Assembly: GCF_007748075.1 (NCBI RefSeq)
Contig: NZ_CP036280.1
Coordinates: 2,850,001-2,882,000 of the forward strand
DNA: 32,000 bases
Direction of reading: 5' to 3'
Source of the DNA: Mucisphaera calidilacus
GTDB taxonomy: Bacteria > Planctomycetota > Phycisphaerae > Phycisphaerales > Phycisphaeraceae
The position numbers and the translations under genes are program-made. This document shows positions 23,265 to 31,651 of this stretch, in pieces; position 1 is the stretch's first letter, and each line of letters starts with the position of its first letter. Below the pieces are notes generated by a model. The model was not told where the DNA came from, did no database searches, and was given only the letters and a program-made list of their open reading frames with translations.

Positions 23265-25128
23265 GATGATCCTCCTCGCCATCGGCACCCGACTGGATCG
23301 CCCACAGACGCTGATAAGGCCCCGGCTGCGCCACCAGCTCCGCGTGCGTGCCACGCTGACGGATACCGCCCGACTCCAGCACGAGGATCTGGTCGGCCTG
23401 CATCACCGTCGTCAAGCGGTGCGCCACCAGCAGCGTGATCTGATCGCGGTGACGCCGGCGCAGCCCCTCGAGAATCCGACGCTCAGTCCGCGTGTCGACC
23501 GCCGACAGCGCATCGTCCAGCAGCAGGATCGGCGCGTCACGCAGCAGCGCCCGCGCGATCGCCAGACGCTGACGCTGACCGCCCGAGAGCGTGATCCCGC
23601 GCTCGCCCACGAGCGTGTCGTACCCCTTCTCGAAATCGAGCACCGAGCTGTGGATCGCCGCCGTCTCCATCGCGTGCGCCATCTGCTCCTCGCCCGCACT
23701 CCGCTCGGCCAGCAGCAGGTTCTCACGCACCGACCGCGAGTAGAGAAATGGCTCCTGCAGAACCGACGAGATGTGACTCCGCACAAAACCGCGCGGCAGC
23801 GTCGCGATGTCGTGACCGCCAAACAGGATCCGCCCCTCCGACGGCTCGACAAACCGAAGCAGCAGGCTCATCAGCGTGCTCTTGCCCGAACCCGACGGCC
23901 CGAGCAACGCGACCGTCTGACCCCGCCGCGCCGTGAAGCTGATGTCACGCAGCACCGGCTCCGCGTCGTCGTACGCCACCGACACGCCCTCAAACACCAG
24001 GTCGCCGTCGAGCCGCTCGGGCACGCCCGCGGGCATCGCCGCCGGGTTCGACTCCATCGACTCCGACAGCACCTCGTTGATCCGCTTCGACGCCACCGTC
24101 GCCTTGCCGAACTCGCCGAGGATCCGGCCCAGCTGACGCATCGGCCACGCCACCATCCCGATGTACAGCCAATACTGCCACAACTGCCCCACCGAGATCC
24201 CGCCCTGATCAGGCCCGAGCATCGCCAGCCGCGCCCCGTAGAAGAGCGCCACACCAAGCTGCGTGAAGATCAACAGGTCCGTCAGCGACCAGAAACGCGC
24301 AAAGAGCACAAACAGCCGACGCTCGCCCTCACGGAACGCCGCGTTACGCTCGGCCAGCTTCGCTCGCTCGTGGTCCTGCCGCGCAAAAGCGCGCACCACG
24401 CGGATCCCCGTGATGTTCTCCTGGATCGTCGCCGTCAACGCCCCCTCCGCCTCGTCCATCACCTTGAAGCTCTGGCGGATCGAGTAGAAGAAATACAGGC
24501 TCACGCCCGCGAGCACGGGCAGCAGCGCCGTCGACGCGATCCCCATCCGCCAGTCCATCCAGAACAGCAGCGGCACCACGATCGACGAGTACAACGCGAT
24601 CCGCACCAGCTCCACGATCTGACCGCCCACGAACAGACGCACCGTGTCGATGTCCGACGTGCACCGCTGAACGAGATCACCCGTCTCCGCCCTGGCGAAA
24701 TAGCCCACCGGCAGACGCTGAAGATGATCATAAAGACGATCACGCAACCGCTGCGCACTCAGCTCCGACGCGAACGCCGTGCAGCGACCCGCGAGGTAGT
24801 CCAGCACGCCCCGCGCCAGACTCACCGCCAGAATCAGCGCCGCCGCCAGCCCGAGAATGACCGAGGGCGCGTAGCTTTCGGCCAAGCGACGCCACCACGT
24901 CACGAACCACGCCGGCCCAACCGGCGCCGCATCACCCAGCACGTGATCGATCATGTACCGGACGATCACAGGCGTGCCAACAATGTCCAGCACCGACGCC
25001 ACCACCATCGTCAGCAACGCCAACAGATACTGATACCGCTGACGGTAGATCAGGCTCAAAAGTGAATCGGTGGTATCAGCGGATCGCACAATCAAACCCC
25101 GTAGCAGGGATGTGGCAAAAGCACGCAA
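23257..25128 (-). CDS. ABC exporter half-transporter (TMD-NBD), Walker B followed by Asp instead of the catalytic Glu
   Basis: Walker A GPSGSGKST, signature LSGGQRQR, Walker B ILLLDDALSAVD, H-loop VAHRLTT. The start is a TTG at 25128 (longest ORF); a GTG at 25089 is an alternative. Confidence 0.9.
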   Translation of the reverse strand: MRAFATSLLRGLIVRSADTTDSLLSLIYRQRYQYLLALLTMVVASVLDIVGTPVIVRYMIDHVLGDAAPVGPAWFVTWWRRLAESYAPSVILGLAAALILAVSLARGVLDYLAGRCTAFASELSAQRLRDRLYDHLQRLPVGYFARAETGDLVQRCTSDIDTVRLFVGGQIVELVRIALYSSIVVPLLFWMDWRMGIASTALLPVLAGVSLYFFYSIRQSFKVMDEAEGALTATIQENITGIRVVRAFARQDHERAKLAERNAAFREGERRLFVLFARFWSLTDLLIFTQLGVALFYGARLAMLGPDQGGISVGQLWQYWLYIGMVAWPMRQLGRILGEFGKATVASKRINEVLSESMESNPAAMPAGVPERLDGDLVFEGVSVAYDDAEPVLRDISFTARRGQTVALLGPSGSGKSTLMSLLLRFVEPSEGRILFGGHDIATLPRGFVRSHISSVLQEPFLYSRSVRENLLLAERSAGEEQMAHAMETAAIHSSVLDFEKGYDTLVGERGITLSGGQRQRLAIARALLRDAPILLLDDALSAVDTRTERRILEGLRRRHRDQITLLVAHRLTTVMQADQILVLESGGIRQRGTHAELVAQPGPYQRLWAIQSGADGEEDHHG

Positions 25129-25308
25129 CGGCGCGCGACAGGGAGACAGCTTGTGAAGGATGGGCGTTGACGAGCCGGAAGGCTCAGGTCAGCGGCAAGA
25201 GATAGGGAGGATAATCATCGGTGCCTCCTGTCCATGGCGAGGAATCGGCCACCATACTCAAGCCCGGAGATCAATGCCAGAGCGAATCACGAAAGAAACC
25301 AGAAAATC

Positions 25309-27066
25309 TCACCGACGACGCAGCAGAGCTGGCACCAGCAGCAACAGACCCGCGGCCGGTTCGGGAGCCGGCGCCGGAACGTCCGCCCCATACCCGAAGC
25401 CCGACGCGAGCAGGCTCAAATCCAGCAGGTCAACCGCGCCGTCGCCATTGAAATCGCCATCCGACCACGTCGCCCCCTCGGCCAGATCGAAGTTTGAAGC
25501 CAGCACGCTCAGATCAAGCAGGTCCACCGCGAAATCGAGATTCGCATCACCCAGCTCCGAGCCATAGAGGTCACGCACCCAGAACGAGATGTCGTCCGCG
25601 TCGGCGTCCAGATCCCCATCGAGGTCGTAGGCCGGGTCGCCAAGGTTCAACCCCAGCAGATCCAGATCTCGCGCGTCCACCAACGCGTTCAGATCGAAGT
25701 CACCCGCCACGTCACCCAACGCGACGTCGGTGATCGTCAGCGTCGCCAGCGGATCCCCCAGCACCATGTTCTGCCACGAGAGATAAGGTATCCCCGCCCA
25801 CGCCGCCTCGACCCATGTATAGGCGTTGTCCGGGTTCAGCGTGCCCGAGATCGCCATCCGCAGGAACAGGTAGTAGTTCTCGGCGATACCGAACGTGAAC
25901 GGCTCGTAGACCGTGCCCGTGCCGAACGTCCCGCCCGCAGCGATCCAGTCCGCCAGCTGCCCCTGGTCGTTGTACCCGTTGGTGATCCCGTTGAAATTGC
26001 GGGCGCTGTAGCTCTCCAGCCCGTTGTAGATCGCCCCGTCGACCAACTGACCCGACCACGTCTCGATAAAACCCCTGTTGTCCGACGACCCGCCGTTGTG
26101 GTTGCCGCCGTAGGTAAAGAGTGCCGCGACCGGCCCCTCCACCACACGCGTGCCAACCGTCCCCTCAAACGCATCCGTCTCCTCGCCGATCAGGAAGTCC
26201 GGGCCGTTGTCATCGAACTCGATCGCGGGATAGAAGAACGGGAAAGGCGCTGCACCGACTCGGTCGTAGTCGCCCGGGCCCGCACCCTCATCATCGAGCG
26301 TGCCCGCCGCGTTCTCGTCCAGCACCACCGTGTAATGCTCCGAGTTGAAGACCGGGTTCTGCGCCCGGTCGATCATCCCCTTGACGTCATCCACCGTGTA
26401 CCCGTCCAGCCGCGCCGTCAGCAGGATGTCCCCGCCGTCCGCCCGCTGAGTCGTGTCCGCGTCAAACATGGTGTGGAACGACCCACCCCACGTGAAATCC
26501 TTCGCGTCCGTCACGCCCGTGCGGTCAAACTCCATCAGACGCGAGGACGACCCGGTCCCGAAGTAAGGATTGATCACCGCGTTGTCGGCGTACGTCCTGC
26601 CGCCTTCCTGAACCGTGCCCGTGTCCTGCCAGAGCAGCGTCAACTCCGAGTCAACCGATGCGTAAGTCGCTTCGCCATTGTCAAACAGCGTCGCGGCCGT
26701 CGGAGGCAAGCCGCCCGCACCCGGGCTGTTCATGTCATCGATGCGATGCGGGACACCCTTGGTCAGCGTGATGACCGAAACCTGCTCCTCCAGCCCCTGC
26801 ATCGTCAGGTAGTCGCGGATCGGGTCACGCAGCTTGTCGGTGTAATCCGTGTAGCTCAGCGTGCTCCCGGTCACCGTCGGATTGTTGATATCAAAACCCA
26901 GCACACCCGGACGCGACGCGAGGTAGTAATCGTAAACCGCCTGGCTGTCGGCATCCGTGGAGTTGTAGACCACCAGCACGTTCTCGGCCTCAAGACCCCA
27001 CGCGGACGAACCCCAGCCCAATGACACCGCCGCGAGTGAACAGGCCCAGAGTTTCGTTCGACGCAT
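25309..27066 (-). CDS. Large secreted protein of unknown function with dockerin-like repeats and a PEP-CTERM anchor (protein E, 585 aa)
   Basis: I chose ATG 27066 (MRRTKLWACSLAAVSLGWGSSAWG, a signal peptide). The ~440-aa N-terminal domain (NVLVVYNSTDADSQAVYDYY..., ASVDSELTLLW..., MVLGDPLA) reminds me of the TIGR03790-type uncharacterised family; my recollection of that family is weak. The C-terminus has GDANLDFAVDLLDLSVLASNF, GDFNGDGAVDLLDLSLLASGF, then APEPAAGLLLLVPALLRRR. Confidence 0.8.
   Translation of the reverse strand: MRRTKLWACSLAAVSLGWGSSAWGLEAENVLVVYNSTDADSQAVYDYYLASRPGVLGFDINNPTVTGSTLSYTDYTDKLRDPIRDYLTMQGLEEQVSVITLTKGVPHRIDDMNSPGAGGLPPTAATLFDNGEATYASVDSELTLLWQDTGTVQEGGRTYADNAVINPYFGTGSSSRLMEFDRTGVTDAKDFTWGGSFHTMFDADTTQRADGGDILLTARLDGYTVDDVKGMIDRAQNPVFNSEHYTVVLDENAAGTLDDEGAGPGDYDRVGAAPFPFFYPAIEFDDNGPDFLIGEETDAFEGTVGTRVVEGPVAALFTYGGNHNGGSSDNRGFIETWSGQLVDGAIYNGLESYSARNFNGITNGYNDQGQLADWIAAGGTFGTGTVYEPFTFGIAENYYLFLRMAISGTLNPDNAYTWVEAAWAGIPYLSWQNMVLGDPLATLTITDVALGDVAGDFDLNALVDARDLDLLGLNLGDPAYDLDGDLDADADDISFWVRDLYGSELGDANLDFAVDLLDLSVLASNFDLAEGATWSDGDFNGDGAVDLLDLSLLASGFGYGADVPAPAPEPAAGLLLLVPALLRRR
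25312..25716 (-). repeat. Copy 3 of the dockerin-like + PEP-CTERM cassette
   Basis: See 4291..4683. It encodes GDVAGDFDLNALVDARDLDLL, DLDGDLDADADDISFWV, GDANLDFAVDLLDLSVLASNF, GDFNGDGAVDLLDLSLLASGF and the PEP-CTERM. Confidence 0.6.
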
Positions 27067-27252
27067 CAGTGGCTCTCGTGGTGTGGCACGGACTTCCGGC
27101 TCCAGCGGGGAACGCTCCCTGAGAGAGAACGCACCCCACACACGAATTATGCACGATAGATCGCCCCACAGCCCCAGATTGATCGAAAACTCAAGGACCG
27201 GGGTCGGATTAACGGGTTCATACCGAAGGGTCCGACGACGCCAGACGGCACA

Positions 27253-28587
27253 TCATGCCTCAACGACGCAGGCTACCGAGTTTGCCTGTCTTCTCATCAC
27301 GCCCCGGGTGTCGATGATCAGCCGCGCAACACGCCCGAGCCACGCCCAGTCGTACCAGTCATGGTGGCACGCGATCAGCACCGCGTCCGCATCCGCCACC
27401 ACCTGCTCCGACCAGGCCACCGAACGCATTGACTCGGCCAGCCCGTTGACCCGAGGCGCCTCCGCCAGATAGGGGTCGTGGTACGACACCTCAGCGCCCA
27501 GCGAACGCAGCCTCTGAATCAACTCGTAACTCGGGCTCTCACGCACGTCATCCACGTTGGGCTTGTACGCCAACCCGAGCACAAGAATCTTCGCCCCACG
27601 CACCGCCAGGCCCGAACGGTTCAACGCCAGCAGCACACGCTCGACGACATACCTTGGCATCGCGCGGTTGATCTCGCCCGCCAACTCAATAAAACGCGTC
27701 GGCTGACCAGCCTCCTTCGCACGCCACGCCATGTAGAACGGGTCGACCGGGATGCAGTGACCGCCCAGCCCCGGCCCCGGGTAGAACGGCTGAAAACCAA
27801 ACGGCTTGGTCGCCGCCGCCTCGACCACCTCCCAGACATCGACGCCGATCTCCTCCAGCACCACCTTCATCTCATTCACGAGCGCGATGTTCACCGCGCG
27901 ATAGATGTTCTCCAGCAGCTTCGCCGACTCCGCCACCTCCGCCGATGAAACCGGGATCACGTTCTCGAACGCCCTGCCGTACAACCCCGCCGCCGCTGAC
28001 GTTGCCGCGTCGGTCGTCCCCCCCACCAGCTTCGGCACGCCCCGGAGTGTGTGATCCGTCCGGCCCGGGTCCTCACGCTCGGGCGAGTATGCCAGCAGGC
28101 AGTCTCGCTCCGGGTCACGCCCCTGCTCCTTGAGAATCCCCCCGATCAGATCACGCGTCGTTCCCGGGTACGTCGTCGACTCCAACACGAGCAGACCGCC
28201 CTGTTTCAGACGCTTCGCCGCCGCCGCCGCCGCCTCACGCACGTGACTCAGGTCCGGCTCGCGATGCGCACCCAGAGGCGTCGGCACGCAGATCAGGATC
28301 GCATCGGCACCCTCAAGATCAGACGCCTCCCCCGTCGCTCTGAACCGCCCCGTCGCCACCGCCGCACGCACACGCTCCGCATCGATGTGCCGCAACGGGC
28401 TCCCCCCGCCACGCATAACCTCGATCTTCTCCGGGTCCGGGTCGTAACCCGTTACCCGCAAGCCCGCCTCACAGAGCGTCAAAGCCAGCGGGAGCCCCAC
28501 GTAGCCCAGCGCCATCACACCCACCACGGGGTCGCCGTGGGTCCACAACGCATCAGGCTTCGGTAGATCTTGATCAGACAGAGACAT
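27253..28587 (-). CDS. Nucleotide-sugar dehydrogenase (UDP-glucose/GDP-mannose dehydrogenase family; UDP-GlcNAc/UDP-ManNAc 6-dehydrogenase-like)
   Basis: 444 aa. N-terminal Rossmann VGVMALGYVGLPLALTL, catalytic-Cys motif GLGGHCIPVDPFY, and a C-terminal UDP-binding domain (ILVLGLAYKPNVDDVRESP). Confidence 0.9.
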   Translation of the reverse strand: MSLSDQDLPKPDALWTHGDPVVGVMALGYVGLPLALTLCEAGLRVTGYDPDPEKIEVMRGGGSPLRHIDAERVRAAVATGRFRATGEASDLEGADAILICVPTPLGAHREPDLSHVREAAAAAAKRLKQGGLLVLESTTYPGTTRDLIGGILKEQGRDPERDCLLAYSPEREDPGRTDHTLRGVPKLVGGTTDAATSAAAGLYGRAFENVIPVSSAEVAESAKLLENIYRAVNIALVNEMKVVLEEIGVDVWEVVEAAATKPFGFQPFYPGPGLGGHCIPVDPFYMAWRAKEAGQPTRFIELAGEINRAMPRYVVERVLLALNRSGLAVRGAKILVLGLAYKPNVDDVRESPSYELIQRLRSLGAEVSYHDPYLAEAPRVNGLAESMRSVAWSEQVVADADAVLIACHHDWYDWAWLGRVARLIIDTRGVMRRQANSVACVVEA

Positions 28588-28603
28588 AGAGCAGGATCAT
28601 AAG

Positions 28604-28631
28604 TTGAAAGCCCCAATCAGGGGAATACAGT
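28604..28631 (+). promoter_or_regulatory. Candidate sigma70-like promoter for trxA
   Basis: TTGAAA (28604-28609), a 16-nt spacer, then TACAGT (28626-28631), about 130 nt upstream of the trxA ATG. Motif match only. Confidence 0.25.
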
Positions 28632-28760
28632 GACATCAACCGGTGTTAGCCCTGTACGCCGTGTATGATCAGGCAACAGCTTCCAAACACGTGGCCATCC
28701 GACGGCCCCAGCAGACAGAACCTCCCCAACGACACGGGGGAAACATGAAGGAACCCAATC

Positions 28761-29093
28761 ATGGCAAGTGAAGCCGTTCTCGAACTCACCGACGCGAACT
28801 TCGACACCGAAGTCGTCAACAGCGATCAGCCCGTCCTCGTCGACTTCTGGGCGGAGTGGTGCCAGCCCTGCCGCATGCTCGGCCCGACCATCGACGAGCT
28901 CGCCACCGAATACCAGGGCAAGGTCAAGGTCGGCAAAGTCGACACCGACAACAACCGCGATACCGCTGTCAAGTATGGCATCCAGTCCATCCCGACGGTC
29001 ATGCTCTTCCAGAACGGCGAGGTCGTGAAGAAATTCGTCGGCCTCCAGCCCAAGCCGGTCTTCAGCGAGGAACTCGACAAGGTCTCCGGCTGA
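28761..29093 (+). CDS. trxA: Thioredoxin (active site WCQPC)
   Basis: 110 aa. PVLVDFWAEWCQPCRMLGP, SIPTVMLFQNGE (cis-Pro loop); AAGGAA lies 7 nt upstream of the ATG. Confidence 0.9.
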   Translation: MASEAVLELTDANFDTEVVNSDQPVLVDFWAEWCQPCRMLGPTIDELATEYQGKVKVGKVDTDNNRDTAVKYGIQSIPTVMLFQNGEVVKKFVGLQPKPVFSEELDKVSG

Positions 29094-29117
29094 TCCCAAA
29101 CCCCCGACCCTTCTCAG

Positions 29118-29162
29118 GCCCGCGGACGCTCCCACCAACGGTAGCGATCGCGGGCTTTTTTT
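29118..29162 (+). terminator. Rho-independent terminator after trxA
   Basis: GCCCGCG (29118-29124) pairs with CGCGGGC (29149-29155). An inner CGCT/AGCG pairing extends the stem. Seven Ts follow immediately (29156-29162). Confidence 0.6.
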
Positions 29163-29210
29163 CATGACCTCCCATGCCGGGTAAGCTCATGGACTTCCCC
29201 GGAGACCACG

Positions 29211-30452
29211 ATGAGCACACGCTTCGAACAGACCCGCCTCGACAACGGCCTCCAGGTCGTCACCGAATCCTGGGACGCCGCCTACACCTCCGCCATCGGG
29301 TTCTTCGTCCGCGCCGGCGCACGCGATGAGACCCCCGAGCAGATGGGCGTCTCCCACTTCCTCGAGCACATGATGTTCAAGGGCACCGACAAGCGATCCG
29401 CCGACGACGTCAACCGCGCCTTCGACGAGGCCGGGGCCAACTACAACGCCTACACCTCCCACGAACAGACCGTCTACTACGCCCACGTCCTGCCCGAACG
29501 CCTCGACGAGGTCACCGAGCTGTTCGCCGACATGCTCCGACCCTCGCTCCGCAACGAGGACTTCGACGTCGAGAAAAACGTCATCCTTGAAGAGATCGGC
29601 ATGTACGACGACCGCCCCGACTGGCGACTCCACCACGAGCTGCTCGAGATCTACTACAGCGGCCACCCGCTCGGCTTCCGCGTCCTGGGCACCGCCCAGA
29701 CCGTCAGCGACCTCACCGCCGACCAGATGCGCGACTACTTCAACCAGCGCTACGCCAGCGACCAGATCGTCGTCGCCGCCGCCGGCAGGATCGACCACCA
29801 CCGACTCAGCCAGAACATCCAGCAACTCACCGAACACTGGACGCCCGGCCACGCCAACGGACGCCAACCCGCCTCGCCGGCATGCCCCGGCAGCACACCA
29901 CGAACCCTCACCGACGACCAGACCACCAAGCACTACTCCGCCTTCGTCTGCCCCGCGCCGGGCCTCGAAGACGAGCGACGCTACACCGCCAAGATCCTCG
30001 CCGACATCCTCGGCGACACCGAGGGATCGCGGCTCTTCTGGTCGCTGGTCGATCCCGGACTCGCCGACGAAGCCGACTTCTCCTATGACCCCAACACCGA
30101 CGGCGGGGTCTACTCCGCCTTCATCGGCTGTTCCGTCGACGACGCCGAACGCGTCGAATCCGTCCTCCTCGAGACCATCCGATCCGCCGCAGAACAACTC
30201 GACGACGACGAACTCACCCGCGCCAAGAACAAGCTCGCCACCCAGGCCACCCTCCAGGCCGAACGACCCAGCGGACGCATGCACGCCATCGGCTCACGCT
30301 GGCTCACCCTCGCTTCCTACTCCACCGCCCGCGACGAACTCGACCGGCTCATGGCCGTCACACGCCGGGACGTCCTCGACCTGATCGACGCCTTCCCCCT
30401 CGAACCCGCCGCATGGGTCCGCATGACACCCGCAGCACAACGGAGCCGGTGA
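29211..30452 (+). CDS. M16-family (pitrilysin/insulinase-like) zinc peptidase
   Basis: 413 aa. Inverted zinc motif GVSHFLEHMMFKGT (HxxEH). The downstream Glu is in NVILEEIGMYDDRPD. GGAGA lies upstream of the ATG. Confidence 0.85.
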   Translation: MSTRFEQTRLDNGLQVVTESWDAAYTSAIGFFVRAGARDETPEQMGVSHFLEHMMFKGTDKRSADDVNRAFDEAGANYNAYTSHEQTVYYAHVLPERLDEVTELFADMLRPSLRNEDFDVEKNVILEEIGMYDDRPDWRLHHELLEIYYSGHPLGFRVLGTAQTVSDLTADQMRDYFNQRYASDQIVVAAAGRIDHHRLSQNIQQLTEHWTPGHANGRQPASPACPGSTPRTLTDDQTTKHYSAFVCPAPGLEDERRYTAKILADILGDTEGSRLFWSLVDPGLADEADFSYDPNTDGGVYSAFIGCSVDDAERVESVLLETIRSAAEQLDDDELTRAKNKLATQATLQAERPSGRMHAIGSRWLTLASYSTARDELDRLMAVTRRDVLDLIDAFPLEPAAWVRMTPAAQRSR

Positions 30453-31633
30453 TGGACCCCATCAGCGACATCCTCGAAGCACTCCGCAACGGCGAGATGA
30501 TCGTCCTCGCCGACGACGAGTCCCGCGAGAACGAAGGCGACCTCGTCGTCGCCGCCCAGTTCCTCACGCCCGAGATCGTCAGCTTCATGCTCCGACGCGC
30601 CGCCGGCATGATGTGCGTCGCCCTCAGCCCCGCCATCTGCCAGCGACTCCACCTCGACCCCCAGACCACTGTCAACACCTCGTCACGCAGCACCGCCTAC
30701 ACCGTCTCCGTCGACGCCCACGAACGCTTTGGCGTCACCACAGGCGTCAGCGCACAGGACCGCGTCACCACGATCCGACTCCTCGCCGACCCCAACACAC
30801 AGCCCGGCGACCTCGTCCGCCCCGGACACATCCACCCCCTCCGCGCGCGCGAGGGCGGAACCCTCGTCCGCGCCGGACAAACCGAAGGATCCGTCGACCT
30901 CTGCCGGCTCGCCGGTCTCGAACAGGCCGCCGTCATCATCGAGGTTATGAAGGACGACGGCACCATGGCACGCCGGCCCGACCTCGAACGACTCTGCGCC
31001 GAAGAAAACCTCAGGATGTGCACCGTCGCCGACGTCATCGAGCACCGCCTCACCCGCGAGGTGCTCGTCGAACGCGTGGACGAAGCCCCCATCGAAACAC
31101 CCGCCGGCCCCTTCCGGCTGATCGCCTACGAATCAAAAGTCGATCCCATGCCCCACGTCGCGCTCGTCAAAGGCGACGTCGGACAACGCGACGCCAACGG
31201 CATCACCATGGACATCGACCACCCCGTCCTCGTCCGTATGCACAGCCAGAACCTCCTCGGCGACGTCTTCGGCGATATCACCAAGCCCTCGGGCAAGGCA
31301 CTCGAAACCGCCATGCACCAGATCCAGACCGAGGGCTGCGGGGCTATCGTCTACCTCAGGCACGAGGGCATGGGATCCGGGCTGCTCAAACGTCTCCAGA
31401 GCCTCCGCGAAACCTCATCCGACGGCGAAGCACGGCCCCTGCCCGTCACCTCACAAAACGAACCCGGACTCCGACCCCCGACACGCAAGCAGGACTACGG
31501 CATCGGCTCCCAGATCCTCCGCGACCTCGGCATCCGCCGCATGCGCCTTCTCACAGACCACCCCTTCACACCCACCGCCCTCAGCGGATTCGGACTCGCC
31601 ATCGAGGGCTTCGTCCCCCTGCTCAAGCCGTGA
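30452..31633 (+). CDS. ribBA: RibBA-like protein: 3,4-dihydroxy-2-butanone-4-phosphate synthase domain + degenerate GTP cyclohydrolase II-like domain
   Basis: I chose ATG 30452, which overlaps the M16 stop (TGATG). RibB motifs: DDESRENEGDLV, TAYTVSVDA, GVSAQDRVTT, PGHIHPLRA, and RAGQTEGSVDL (Gln where RibB normally has GHTE). In the C-terminal RibA-like domain, VRMHSQNLLGDVFGDITKPSGKAL stands where RVHSECLTGD...LRCDCG is expected. Confidence 0.8.
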   Translation: MDPISDILEALRNGEMIVLADDESRENEGDLVVAAQFLTPEIVSFMLRRAAGMMCVALSPAICQRLHLDPQTTVNTSSRSTAYTVSVDAHERFGVTTGVSAQDRVTTIRLLADPNTQPGDLVRPGHIHPLRAREGGTLVRAGQTEGSVDLCRLAGLEQAAVIIEVMKDDGTMARRPDLERLCAEENLRMCTVADVIEHRLTREVLVERVDEAPIETPAGPFRLIAYESKVDPMPHVALVKGDVGQRDANGITMDIDHPVLVRMHSQNLLGDVFGDITKPSGKALETAMHQIQTEGCGAIVYLRHEGMGSGLLKRLQSLRETSSDGEARPLPVTSQNEPGLRPPTRKQDYGIGSQILRDLGIRRMRLLTDHPFTPTALSGFGLAIEGFVPLLKP

Positions 31634-31651
31634 CCACCACCGGCATAGCCC

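Noticed and set aside
23263-25065. 600-aa plus-strand ORF antisense to ABC-A (similarly 21915..22871 antisense to ABC-B and 26098..27024 antisense to protein E)
   Set aside because: Arg/His/Pro-rich shadow ORFs. The Walker A/B and signature motifs sit on the minus strand.
29187-30284. 365-aa minus-strand ORF antisense to the M16 peptidase, and the 394-aa plus-strand ORF 30613..31797 in an alternative frame of the RibBA-like gene
   Set aside because: Low-complexity G/V/E/D or R/P/H translations. The accepted frames carry HxxEH and RibB motifs.
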